From: Octopus sinensis
Taxonomy: Eukaryota
Reading direction: 5' to 3'
NCBI RefSeq assembly: GCF_006345805.1
Contig: NW_021833281.1
Span: 13,099 to 77,098 of the forward strand
DNA: 64,000 nt
Position 1 is the stretch's first letter. Each line of letters begins with the position of its first letter. The notes beneath the pieces are model-generated. The model did not search any database. It was not told the origin of the DNA and was given only the letters and a program-made list of their open reading frames with translations. This document shows, in pieces, positions 1 to 12,600 of the stretch. The translations under genes were made by a program, and so were the position numbers.

Positions 1-705
1 ACAGCCTTTCCGTATTAATAATGGTCCAGGTAATATTATAAGGGATGGATATTATTCGTAAGATGGTGTATAGAATTAGTTAATGAGGTGGAAGTTTGAT
101 GCTTTGCAGAAGCAAAGCAAGTAAGATGGGACAAAAATCTTCTCTTAAAGTCTCTAAATTTTAGAGCAGTTCTGATATTTGTTATGTGCAGTGCATTTCT
201 CAAGAATAACCATTCAAGGGGTATTTTTATCTTGTATTAATCAGCAATTATTGTTAATCCCATTATTGCTTTAATACGTTTCGTTAGTTAAACTAGTATT
301 TATATTGCGCTAACAAAATTTAGCATCCCATATAATGAAACTATCTCGTTTATTAGCGTGAATTTGGCCAGTCTAGATGAATGGGTGCGACGATATACCT
401 CTTTTAACTACTATGATTAATATAGCTAATAGAGTTGCTACCTCTATTATTATCTCCAGCAGTAATTTCGCAAATACGTTCCCCATTAATTTCAGTAATA
501 GCATTAAAAACATTAGCAGGATAAGTGAATCAATATTATGGAGAGCATAGGAGTAGCAGTGGCAATTTGAAAGCGGGATGGATTCCTACTTACATACTTA
601 TTACCATGATTTCTACCTTTAAAGTTGATACCCGATTTAATATTGTAATTTAGTGAGAGAATTTTGTTGCCAGTGGTGTACATGCTATTCCAGACTCTGT
701 TCAAA
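1..705 (-). pseudogene. Decayed coding relic, possibly a double-jelly-roll viral major capsid protein (endogenous viral element)
   Basis: Manual minus-strand translation across stops and frameshifts gives FTYPANVFNAITEINGERICEITAGD and YKIKIPLEWLFLRNALHITNIRTALKFRDFKRRF. These recall the NCLDV-type MCP motifs E-I-G/N-G-x-x-I and IPLxFxFxR...FRDF. Resemblance judged from memory only. Confidence 0.3.
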
Positions 706-842
706 CGTGGTCGTTTCTTGTCTCGCGTGACTGGTTATATATACTTTCCAAACCTGAGACATTATTGTAGATATTATTAATGACTATGCTAATCCTGTTA
801 TCGCTTTTAACGTGTAGTTATTGTTATTATTATTATTATTAC

Positions 843-914
<72 letters not shown>

Positions 915-915
<1 letters not shown>

Positions 916-1215
916 TTCTCTTTATCACAAGTTTTGTTGGAACTCTTGGAATCTTGCATGCGTAGCGGGCTTACTACCTACAGTCTACGGTACCGTGCTA
1001 TTCGTTCTTTTCAGCTATCTAGTACGTTCCAGATTATTCTAGCCGTGCCAAGGAGGCGAACTTTTTGTAACAGTTCTACTGGGAACTCTATTCCAATTTC
1101 CTTTATAGTCCTCGTGATGCTTTCTGATACTGTTCTCAAGGACCCAACAATAATTGGTACTATCTTCACCTTCTTCATTTTCCATAGTTGGGCTATTTCA
1201 TGCATAAGAGGGTTG
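915..1215 (-). mobile_element. R4/Dong-type non-LTR retrotransposon, 3' end fragment
   Basis: ORF 1011-1205 (KIVPIIVGSL...LLQKVRLLGTARII) matches the C-terminus that follows the restriction-like endonuclease. The 3' end abuts (TTA)n at ~824-906 and the 5' break abuts (TATC)n at ~1218-1326. Confidence 0.75.
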
Positions 1216-1223
1216 TATCTATA

Positions 1224-1327
<104 letters not shown>

Positions 1328-1329
1328 GT

Positions 1330-1545
1330 TTTGCTTTCCTTCTTGTCTGTTCGTGGGCCAAAGGGGATAGCAACGTCAACTATATAGCATACAGGTGCAC
1401 CATGTGCCACATGCCAGATGACGAAACGATCGCAGTGCAATGTCAAATGAAGTGCTTTGCTCAAGAGCACAACGCAACGCCCGGTCTGGGAATTGAACCC
1501 ACGATCTTGCAACCGTGAGTACAACACCCTAACTGCTAAACCATA
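1330..1545 (-). mobile_element. tRNA-derived SINE
   Basis: Minus strand reads A-box-like TGGTTTAGCAGTTAG and B-box GGTTCAATTCC, followed by the body shared with other SINE copies in the window. Confidence 0.7.
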
Positions 1546-2605
1546 TACACACACACACACCACACACACGCACACACACACACACACATATATATATACA
1601 CACGTACTCATTGGTACGTGTATATGTACGAATGAGGGTAAGCGTGTATACATGTATGTGGGTATATGTAAATATACGTACACATGCAAGGTATATATAC
1701 CTGCATATGCAGGGGCGATGATACATACAGATGAACGTATAAGTGAGCGTGTATGAGTGCATATGCATGCGAGTAAGGATTGTATATGTAACTTATCTAA
1801 TATATACATGTATATACATCTTCACATATATTTTCTCATATTACTAAGCACTGAACTGCTAAGTATATAAATTCCTTAATTCTTAATATCTCTGCCCCTA
1901 CACTTACACTCTACTACTACACATTTGTCATTCCTTTACCTCTTAACCCCCACCACATTCCTCTATCATTTACACTATAATAATTTTCTCTCTCTTTCAC
2001 CCTTCATATCACCACTCCTACTTTCAAATTATCTCCACTGACCACTGACTCATCTACATCTCCATTTTTCTTTTTTCTTTTTTCTTTATTCGATTTGTCC
2101 CTCTCTTCAGGGTTTTTCTTTTTTATTATTTTGTTATTTTTACTAATCTCCTTTCTCCTTTCTCTTTCATTTTTCTTTCTCTTCTCTTTTTTTACTCTCC
2201 TTTTTTTTTCTCTTTCTTTCATTCCTCTCTTCCTGTTTTCAATTTGACCTTACTAATACACTCCCTATTTTTAGGTCACTTTAAATACAAACCTTTGACT
2301 CTGCAACACTATGTATAAATTCTCTACTTGGAATGACCAAGTTTAAAAATATGCTGGATCTCACACATAAGGGAATCTTACATTGCTTATAAACTTTATA
2401 TTTGGAAAGACTCATTTTAAACTTTGTTGGACTTTTGGACTTTACTCACAGGATATTGGAATATTGCATACATACCATTATACCTACAAAATGGATTTAC
2501 AACTTCAATAACCACACATATCTTCCATCTATTTTCTTTCTTCCACCTCACTCTCTATTTTGTATCACATCTAAACTGATTATGACTTAACTTTCCTCTC
2601 ACATC

Positions 2606-2657
2606 GTGTCCGATGAAGGGATATTATTAATAAATATCTCAGAAACAGCTGTAAGAC
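2606..2657 (+). ncRNA. Decayed minimal hammerhead ribozyme with CCGAUGA core
   Basis: gtgt-CCGATGA-a-gggatatt..aatatctc-a-GAAAC-AGCT-GTA-agac. Stem III is palindromic (ACAGCTGT); stems I and II carry mismatches. Confidence 0.55.
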
Positions 2658-2725
2658 CTTCTATCTATAAATGCTCTAATATCTATACAACCTTGTTTTT
2701 TATCTTATTACGCAAATATATATAG

Positions 2726-2809
<84 letters not shown>

Positions 2810-3017
2810 CTGTTGCCGCATTACGTCGTACGCGAATGAGAGGATTTGCATCCCCAACCAAGAATTTTTGATGTAATACATGTCCTTGAAGAAGTAGTTG
2901 TGCGCGCGTGCTGAAGAAGGCCACAGACGCACATTATGCATTGTTATAAATCCGTCTAATAAAGGCCTGAAACATATGTACCGCTGAATCCTTGGCATCA
3001 TGTTTTTATTTTGATTA

Positions 3018-3056
<39 letters not shown>

Positions 3057-3204
3057 TAGATAGGGAGAATTCACAAAAAAACCCAACAAAGGACGAAGAC
3101 AGGTGGTGTAGACAACAAATAGATGTATTAGTATAACGCTCGGAAGCGAAAAGGTCTTTAAGGTTTCATGCCTATGCTCTTCCACAGAAAGAAACACACA
3201 CAAA

Positions 3205-3293
<89 letters not shown>

Positions 3294-3386
3294 ATTTATT
3301 ATCTAAATCTGATTTTTATAGAACTATCCTGAATGTTTCATGAGTGTAGCCTCACCCCCTTAGATGTTTTGAGAACTCAGATGTTT

Positions 3387-3475
3387 TTTCGGCTGATGAG
3401 TACGGGCCACATGTATTTGCTGCAATATTTGCAGCCTTAATAAAGGTGTCTTCGTACGAAACAATTGTACCGAAA
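3387..3475 (+). ncRNA. Intact minimal type I hammerhead ribozyme
   Basis: Stem I tttcgg/ccgaaa; core CTGATGA at 3393-3399; stem II gtacg/cgtac with a long loop; GAAAC-AATT-GTA; palindrome ACAATTGT. Predicted cleavage after 3469. Sits in a ~330-bp unit between (TA)n tracts. Confidence 0.9.
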
Positions 3476-3625
3476 TATTGATCCATTTTTGTTGCTTTTT
3501 TCCTGCTTATAATCACCCCGCATTATCTTATGGTTAATACCATATAGATTTCTGGTGCATCTAAGTTAAGTACCTCATTCATGTGAATTCAACAGAACTC
3601 ACTTGAATCTTAATTACTTTTACTG

Positions 3626-3657
<32 letters not shown>

Positions 3658-3668
3658 TACACACACAC

Positions 3669-4320
3669 ATAAATAATCAGAAAATGGAAGAAAACTAAAA
3701 ACCGTTGGACTTAGACTTGCCTCATTGTGAACCACAGGTGTGATTCTCGGTAATAATTTCTGTGAATCAGTTTTCTTAAGCACCCTACGGTAATTGTTTA
3801 TATTGAGTTTGCTTCGCTAGCATTGGTACCGCCCTTTAATAATCATGCTAAAATTTTCCTTGTATACACTTTCTTGATAACTTCTTTTTTTAAACATCCT
3901 GCCCTCCCCTTTAAATTGCATCCACCCATTAATAGTAGTAGTATTCTCTAGACCACTCCTAGCTCACTCTTTTACATACGGACCTCGTAACCCCTAGATG
4001 GTAAATTATATGCTTTTAACATATTGGTCTTCTAAACTTTTTGTCTAGGCCATGTTTTCTTTCCTTTTTCTTCTTCCCTTTGTTTATATTGTTTGCTCTT
4101 GGTTTTTACTCCGTGCTTTAATTCGAATGCCCTATGAAGATGGAGAACTTTATTCTCGCATTTATTTATAGACAGCATTTTGGCAACTGATCGGAAACGG
4201 CCGTAAGATATGTTACGTCACATGTTTGTTATGTCATGCTTTGCATTAATAAATAAGCTATAAATGTGGTCCAATCGATGTGTTTGTTAATCAGTGGTTT
4301 TCTCCATTTTCTAATTATTT
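3669..4320. mobile_element. Decayed PLE-type element with short inverted termini and an HHR remnant
   Basis: aataatcagaaaatggaagaaaac (~3671) is the reverse complement of gttttctccattttctaattatt (~4297-4320). Internal ATGAAGA...GAAAC-GGCC-GTA at ~4134-4205. Confidence 0.45.
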
Positions 4321-4510
4321 GCATTGGTTCCTGATAAAGTCTTGTTTATCCTGTTGTTACCTGCATTCGACGTGTATGGTGTGCCGGCACACCATTGCCC
4401 GGGGATAATACAGGTAACGGTTACCGATAGTATATACAGATATTTTATTACTTACTCAGTTACTATAACCGATAACTCTTTGCGCCTCCACTAGATATGT
4501 ATATATATAT

Positions 4511-4559
<49 letters not shown>

Positions 4560-4594
4560 CGCATACGTAAATACATGCATTCATACATATATTG

Positions 4595-4912
4595 GAGGAG
4601 ACCTTCTTCGGTCATGAATGACCATGGGATTGCACCTAGAAAGTTATCCTCCGAGGCACAAGTCCGGGCAAGGTTGTTTATGGAGGACCAGCCTCTCCTC
4701 TCCATACCATTGATGTTATCCAAGGGAAAGGCAGAGGCCGATACAGCTTGGAACTAGTAACGTCGCAATTCATTTCTACTGCTGAGTTAACTGGAGCAGC
4801 GTGAAATAAAGTGTCTCGCTCAAGAACACAACACGCAGCCCGGTCCGGGAATCGAACTCACAACCTCATGACCGTAAGCTCGACGCTGTAACCACTGAGC
4901 CATGCGCCTTCA
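4595..4912 (-). mobile_element. tRNA-derived SINE (same family as 48818-49140)
   Basis: Head GGCGCATGGCTCAGTGG...GAGTTCGATTCC; body matches 48818-49140. Confidence 0.85.
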
Positions 4913-4934
4913 CCATATATATATATATATATAG

Positions 4935-5329
4935 GCGTAGGAGTGGCTGTGTGGTAAGTAGCTTGTTTACTAACCACATGATTCCGGGTTCAGTCCCACT
5001 GCGTGACACCTTGGGCAAGTGTCTTCTACTATAGCCTCGGGCCGACCAAAGCCTTGTGAGTGGATTTGGTATACTGAAACTGAAAAGAAGCCCGTCGTAT
5101 ATATGTATATATATATATGCGTGTGTGTGTTTGTGTGTCTGTGTTTGTCCTCCTAGCATTGCTTGACAACCGATGCTGGTGTGTTTATGTCCCCGTTACT
5201 TAGCGGTTCGGCAAAAGAGACCGATAGAATAAGTACTGGGCTTACAAAAGAATAAGTTCCGGGGTCGAATTGCTCGATTAAAGGCGGTGCTCTAGCATGG
5301 CTGCAGTCAAATGACTGAAACACGTAAAA

Positions 5330-5335
<6 letters not shown>
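4935..5335 (+). mobile_element. tRNA-derived SINE (family with further copies near 5370-5530, 26820-27150 and 27640-27810)
   Basis: Head TGGCTGTGTGGTAAG...GGGTTCAGTCCC, an internal (TG)n tract and a conserved 3' body repeated elsewhere in the window. Confidence 0.8.
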
Positions 5336-5369
<34 letters not shown>

Positions 5370-6227
5370 TACGAAATTCCTTCAGTTTCCGTCTCCACTC
5401 ACAATGTTTTGGTCGAACTGAAGCTATAGTAGAAGACACGTGCCCAAAGTGCCAGGCAGTGCGTTTGATCCCGGAACCATATGTTTGGAGAGCAAGTGTC
5501 TTATCACACAGTCGCACGTGGCACATCATTATATCTTGTTCAACTCATCTCTACTGGAACCACAAATATGACGCATAGATCTCATGAGTAGAATAAAGTC
5601 TTGTTAGTTTGGCTTGTCGCTATGATTTTGTTTTAACGGCTCTAATTCAGCGAATGGGAGTGTAGCACCAATATCCGGTTCAGATAAGAAGAAGACTTTC
5701 ATCAAATGAAATATCATCATCACACTTGGACAATAACACTCACAGGCAAACACACATACATGTAACTGTGTGGTAGTAAGCAAGGTTAATTCTTCGTTGC
5801 TGAAGGATTGGTAGGTGAAAAGAAACATTCTCATTAACACAAAGTTATAAGAGACGCTGCGAACTTTAGAATAAACATGTATCTAGTCTTTATCTACACA
5901 GAATCACAATCACATAATGATTTATATGTATACATACGCGCACACATACGACACACAAACACACACACAGACACGCACACACAGACGTACACACACAAAC
6001 ACACACATGCACACACACACATACATTTATATACATACATAGATACACACATACATAAATGTATATATGTGTGTATATATATATATACGTATATGTATAC
6101 TTAGATGTATACACACACACACACATATATATATATAGTTGAAATTTACAGAAAGACAAAAAGTCGAAGAAGGTGTATAAACAACAAGCGGGTGTATTAG
6201 TTTGATGCCCCAGAATGTGAATCTTTT

Positions 6228-6261
6228 ATGTTTCGAGCCTACGCTCTTCAACAGAAAGGAA
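6228..6261 (-). ncRNA. Decayed hammerhead remnant (second copy at ~3156-3190)
   Basis: Minus strand: cttt-CTGTTGA-a-gagc-gtag-gctc-GAAAC-ATA-aaag. Stems I and II are present, but core positions A6 and G16.2 are altered. Confidence 0.45.
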
Positions 6262-6390
6262 CACAGAGAAATAAAAACAGAGAGAGAAGGGGACAGAATA
6301 AAATAATTTTTGGAGTTAAGGAAAAATTTGTAGGTGTAGACGATCTTTAATTCATAAATTCATAATCCAGTTTGGTACAGATCCAATATA

Positions 6391-6482
6391 AATTCTACAA
6401 ATTGTTTCGGAGTCTACTTAATTCCAAAGACATAAACGAAAAACTCTTCTTGAAATAAAAATGAGATTCTTCGTCAGGAATT
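6391..6482 (-). ncRNA. Type I hammerhead ribozyme with intact core and partly decayed stem II
   Basis: Minus strand: aattc-CTGACGA-agaatc...gactcc-GAAAC-AATTT-GTA-gaatt. Stem I is 5 bp; stem II has two A-C mismatches. Confidence 0.65.
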
Positions 6483-8196
6483 ACATACTGGTATGAATAA
6501 TTACGACCGACAAAAATATACAAAAACCCTTCATAGCTCAGACGGGAACGAGCAAATATTATTTGTTCGTTCCCGTTCGTTCCCGTCTGGGCAATGTTTT
6601 TCTAAAAGTAGGTTATGAATTTCTGTTGATCTATCCGAGAACCAGTCACTGGACTTATGGGATTTAAATCCCACTGACGAACTTGCAGCCTGAAATACTT
6701 TTGTTTTAAAATCTTCCCATAGATTGCCAGTGCTTTGAGGGAGTCATCCTCAGAACGCTGTGCCACAGTCACCTGGCGAACAAGCAAAATACATACAGTC
6801 TGTACGTGCGGTCGATAATGTTATCATATTAGCGCTACTTTTAATTCATAACAGAATTTAAACTTAAATATTAATCGTCGTGGTACACCAACAAATGGTT
6901 CTTAAACTATTTGTATATAGTCATAGACTGGCGAGGCAGTTCGTTTCCGGTTCGATTCAGATACGTTATGTTGATAAGCCACAAAAAATGGCGAAATATC
7001 AGTATCCGACATTCCTGGATGGGATTGGAAGTCTAGTAGTTTCACTTGTCTAAGACGTTCAAGTGTTTTAACACCCAGTGTTATGAGGGTGTCGTTTCAA
7101 GGTCGCTCCTCTGCAGTGAAGAGGCGAACAAGCAAAGCACATATACTGAGTATGTGCGGTCGATAATATATATATATATATACATACACCCCCCCCCACA
7201 CACATATGGTGACTGCGCCATCTTCACCGATGATTATCGTCTCCTTGTGTTACCACGTTGTCATTAGCATTTCTGACTTTCCATCCATGATCTCTCAGAT
7301 GACTATTCAATCCCACTCCTTTGTAACTTTGCTTCCAGCTGGTTAGGTCTGCACACGTCTCTACTCTTCCTTCGCCATATGACTTTCAGTATAATAAATG
7401 ACAAATGAGATCACAATAAAAAGACATGTATACATCACTGGATTATAGTGTTAAAAGCTGTTACAACACTCTCTGTGATTAGTACTTAATAAGAGACCGA
7501 AGCAAGATTGTTAGTAATCCTGTAAAACACAAAGTGTCTATCCCCCACCCTCCTGCTGGCTTTTCTCTACATTCTTATTAACCCATAGCTGTGGCCCTGG
7601 TATGTGATACTACGCTGGGTGAGAACGGATCTGGGAACAATTTTGTATAAGAGGGGGTTCCACACTTCTCAAAAACCTGGAATTCCCGAACCAGAGTCCC
7701 ACCACCGGATACCGCTTGAAATATGATTGTGTCTGTATATATTAATATTTAGTTTATTTCTAGAGTTCATGCCAAAAGATAAAGACACCTTTTCTAACCG
7801 AGACCCAAGGCTCCTTCATTGAAATTTTAGACAGCACCACCAAAGTATTTGTGTATGTTTGTGTGTCTGTCTGTACTATTTGGAATCAGTACATGTGCTG
7901 AGTTGTATGTTTTATGTATATATTTTCATGTATAGAGTTGTATGTCTCGACAAATGTTCGATTACATTTATACATACATATATATAAATATATAAAATTA
8001 TAAATATATAAATATAAAAATATATACATTTATAAATTTATAAATTTATTTCGTCATTATATTTACTGCGGTGATATTTTGACCATAACGCACGAGGAGT
8101 TACAGGCGGGTAATTTAAACTGGTCGAGTGCATACGTGCATATAAATGTATGTATACGTTCGTATATGTAAGCATTTGTATGTTATATGTATATAT

Positions 8197-8227
<31 letters not shown>

Positions 8228-8354
8228 TAAGGTATGTAGAAAAATACAACATGGACAAGAACGTATAACTCTTAGAAGACGACACAATAAACACGGACAG
8301 GACACTCGAAACCCTCAGTCTTCAGTCAAGAATCGGATCATCGTAGTAATTCGG

Positions 8355-8421
<67 letters not shown>

Positions 8422-8749
8422 AGTTATGTTACTATCTGTGTATATTTCACTGATGAGGCAAAGAATTTCTTATGCAGAACCAGAACTGAGGGATCTGGAA
8501 TTATCGAGTAATTTTTTCTAGTTTATGTTGTCCTTTTGTCTTCTCTCCTAGAGCTGTATGAACATTTAATGTGGTTTTAGAGTCATGTTTTGACTGCTAT
8601 TTCCAGCGTGGTGGTATCTATTAGATACCCTAAATTATAATTTTAATACATACATACTACTTACATACATACAATATACATACATACATACATATTTATA
8701 TATATATATATAATATATATGTATGTATGTATGTATGTATATATGAATG

Positions 8750-8814
<65 letters not shown>

Positions 8815-8819
8815 ATATA

Positions 8820-8991
8820 CCTACAATAGCGACGATATGAATTTCTTCCATCTTCTTGCTCTGTTAAAATATTTGAGAAATATTATATTAATGTGTCCAA
8901 CTGGTTAAAATTCTATTTATTTATTTGTGCAGCTGAAGATGGCACTGCATTTAAATTGATATAATGATTGCATTGTTCAGTTAAATGGAGC
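8820..8991 (+). mobile_element. PLE pLTR-like segment with an HHR 5' half, cut by the Tx1 LINE; paralogue of 45432-45624
   Basis: About 170 bp align with 45432-45603. tgcag-CTGAAGA-t-ggca is at 8928-8944; the GAAAC-GGTT-GTA-ctgca half survives only in the 45.6 kb copy. Confidence 0.6.
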
Positions 8992-11200
8992 CGTATCAGT
9001 CTACGCACCGCCTTTAACAGGTCGGCCGGATTTCTTTCGACGTCTAGAAGTATTCCTGGGAACGTCTCGTCCTTTACTTTTAGTGGGGGATTGGAATGCT
9101 ACCTTGGACACGCATCTAGACTATGTGGGGAGAGACAAAAACAGAAGGGGTTGCAAATGCCTCAGAGACCTGCTCAGTCGATTCCAACTGTCTGACAGGT
9201 ACCGACTCGACCACCCAAATGCACCAACGTGGACATGGAGCAACCGCAGTGGGTCGTCGAGATCGTATCTAGATAGGATACTGTGTAGGACAGTAGACAG
9301 GGATAACTAAGGATGTCCACAATTCCACACAGTCAGCTACACGGATCACAAACTCATGACGTGTACGCTAGACTTAGATAAGGCACATAGACAGGGTCCT
9401 GGTTACTGGAAACTGAACGCATCTTTCCCGTCCAGACAGGTTTTCAGAGACAGAATCAACACGTTAGTGAAAAGGGCTTTAACGGGAGCCATTGTCAACA
9501 ACAAATGGTGGTTCGCCCTCAAGAGAGCAGTAAAAGCGGAAGCAATTAGATATAGCAAGGCACTAGCCGTAGATAGAAATAAAGTAGAGGGTGAGCTAGT
9601 TAAGAAGTTAGAAGAGGCAATAAGAAGCGGCATCGCATCCGACGTTTTAGCGGCGAGGTTGGCCCTTGACCAACACTTCAACGCCAAACACGTGCTCTAA
9701 GGATGGAAGGTATTGGAGCCGCGAGGGAGGCCCGGGTGGCGGAGGCGCAGCAGGGCAACAAAGCCACCTTTCGGTCTCTGGTAGATGAACAAGGGCGCGA
9801 ATTGCTCGAGCCCAGCAAGATGAGCGAGACATTTCAGCGGCACTTTGCTCGACTGTACGGGACGAGTAGCGAGCGTGAACGCAGGGTGGTCTTCAGTGCC
9901 TACCTGCACAGCCTACAACGACTCTCGGCAAGAGAGGCAAAGTGCTGCGAAGGTGCCATTACGGCGGCGGATGTGCGGGACGCGATGGCAGAATGCTCGA
10001 GAGACAATACGCCGGGTTTGGATGGTCTGCCCTACAAGTTTTACAATTGTATGCCAGACTTGTTTGGAGACGTCTTGGCAGCGGTATGCTGCAACTGGCA
10101 GCAAAACGGGAGCATACCCGGTTTTGTGAGTTGAGGAGCCGTAACGCTGTTGAAGAAAGATCCAAACAAGGGGAACATTATAGATAACTTTAGACCAATC
10201 ACTCTGCTCAATGCAGACCTGAAAATTTTGACAAAGGTGTTAGCCAAGAGGTTGGCGCTTGTCATCGAGAAACTGGTCGACAACGCACAAACGTGCGCCG
10301 TGCCGGGCCGGAGCATCCATGACAACCTCCATCTGATGCGCTACATCATAGACAGAGGAGTTAAGGAACCTGGCAAGGGTGGGGCCCTGATCAACTTGGA
10401 TCAATCGAAAGCCTTCGATAGGGTAGACCATCGATACTTGGAGGCAGTCCTGAGAGCGGCTGGTTTCGGTCCTGTCTTCCGCGGCTGGATAGCTGCCTTG
10501 TACAGAGGCATCCGTTCGGTAATTCGCGTAAATGGACATCTATCGAGACCTTTCGACATTGCACGTTCGGTCCGTCAGGGATGCCCCCTCTCGGCGCTTC
10601 TATACGTATTGACTCTTGAGCCACTACTGCGGAAGTTGGCGACTCTGAGGGGCATCCCGCGAGAATTGGGATGCGGGACGAGCGTGTCTGCATACGCGGA
10701 CGACGTCACCGTCATAGTGTCAAGTCACGAGCACATCGAGCTGGTCGGCGAGACACTGAAAGACTACGAAGCGGTGACAGGAGCAAAAATCAACCGGGAA
10801 AAGTCAGTGGGCTTGCGGCTCGGCACCTAGAGAAGCAAGCCCATGCCGTCCACCAGTATCTCCGTCGTGGGACGCTGAACAGACGCCCCGGTTGAGTTGC
10901 TCGGGGTCTGGTTCGGTCCGGACCTCCAAATGGAGTAGAACTGGAACGAGATAACGAGTAGGGTTACACTTCATATTGACATTTCTGTGATAACGATCCC
11001 TATTGATCAATTTTTTTTCCTCCCCCCCCACTTAAAAAAAAAATTTTATCCACCCCTTTTTTGTCCTCTTTCTTTCCTTTTACGATCCCTTTTGATCGAA
11101 AACCAAACCCTCTTTTTTTACCCCCAAAAGAAAAGCTCTACCTTGTAATTTGTCCTGTCTATGTGCAGCCCTGTGTGGCTAATAAAGAAACATATCTATC
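8992..11200 (+). mobile_element. Tx1-clade (L1 group) LINE, 5'-truncated and decayed
   Basis: APE motifs GDWNATL, SYLDRI and TDH; RT motifs PGLDGLP, RPITLLNADLKI, LDQSKAFDRVDH, QGCPLS and YADD. In-frame stops at 9310, 9700, 10134 and 10830. The 3' UTR ends in aataaagaaa plus (TATC)n; an internal deletion lies near 10970. Confidence 0.9.
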
Positions 11201-11335
11201 TATCTATCTATAGATCATATAATATATGATATTATATAACACCCACTCATACATCCATATATATATATAATATATATATATATATTACAGGCACATACAT
11301 TGATACACAATTATACATACATACATACATATATG

Positions 11336-11468
<133 letters not shown>

Positions 11469-11490
11469 TAGATAGATAGATAAACAGATA

Positions 11491-11523
<33 letters not shown>

Positions 11524-12089
11524 GATAGATAGATAGATAGATAGATAGATAGCAACGCGCTCAGGAAATTTTGCCATTGTGTGAGATGAAGTATTGACAT
11601 CTATGTCCTGGCTTAAGTCTTATGTTTTATTATTTTCCGAAAATGTCTGCCACTGGCCATAACACGTTACAGTTTGCGGTTTGGTAGAATGTCAAGTTTC
11701 TGTATTAACAATTACATCGGCCTGCGAGCGCAAGAGGAAGCAGTTTCATTTGTATTATAAAAAACGTGACAAAGAATAGGAAAGCTATCAGAAATAACGC
11801 AATTCACCTTTTAAACGTATGAGAAAGATGATAGCTGCTACTGCTGTTGTGTTAATGTCGTGTAACTGTTATATTTGCTGGAATAGCGTGGAATCTTAGA
11901 CTGTTATTTATTATTGAGCTGGTTTCTTTCTTAATCTATTTGATCATAATTGATTGAATTTTCTTGTATCGTAGTGATCAAGTGCAATTATTCTGTATCA
12001 CTTTAACCTGCATCCCGTAGTAGGATTTTGGTTCGGAAGTTCTAGAGTTTTGATGGGTGTGGAATCCACTCTTAGCCACTATTTTCCCC

Positions 12090-12600
12090 AGGTCAACTCC
12101 GACCCAGATTAGTAGTACTTGCAAGGGTGATCTCAGCTAGGGGTTAGTTAGCAACTCCGCCGGGCAGATGGAGCTCGTTATTAGCCTGGTGGGGAGAGGG
12201 TAACACATCTAGTGGGAAAATAAACCTAATTCCAAACCTCCGCTGCCTTGCGGCCATAAGTAGCCGTGGGCAAGATTTCAGGAATAAACTCGGAGGAAAA
12301 ATCAGGAGTCAGAGCGCTTGAAGTTGTTTGACGTTGTTTATAATCTGTTTTGGCAACTTTTGCGATGGCGTTGGTGGAATTTTACTAAGCTTATGCTGCT
12401 TCCTTTGGAACCATCAGTAACGCGAGGAAGAAGATGCGCCTTAGGAGCAACAACCTTTTCTCCGTACTATATTGGCCAGGCTTTGGTCCTATCGAAAGGC
12501 CTTTATTAGAGAGACTGAACGCAGCAGAAAAAAGGCGGTTCCACAGAGAAGACAACAAACAGTACGGAAACAGCCCCACAAGTGCGGCTTGTGTGGCAGA
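12090..12600 (+). mobile_element. Probable LINE 5' region relic (RTE-like)
   Basis: GC-richer block resembling RTE 5' UTR text (aaacctccgctgccttgcggcc). No RT or APE motif seen. Confidence 0.3.

Noticed and set aside
8933-8975. Apparent duplicated terminal exon (acceptor + LKMALHLN* / VKMALDLN*) at 8933 and 45544
   Set aside because: The shared segment is better explained as an HHR-bearing repeat: tgcag-CTGAAGA...GAAAC-GGTT-GTA-ctgca closes stem I. No upstream partner exons were found.
11818-11898. Short signal-peptide-like ORF MRKMIAATAVVLMSCNCYICWNSVES*
   Set aside because: 26 codons with no convincing splice donor or downstream exon; expected by chance.
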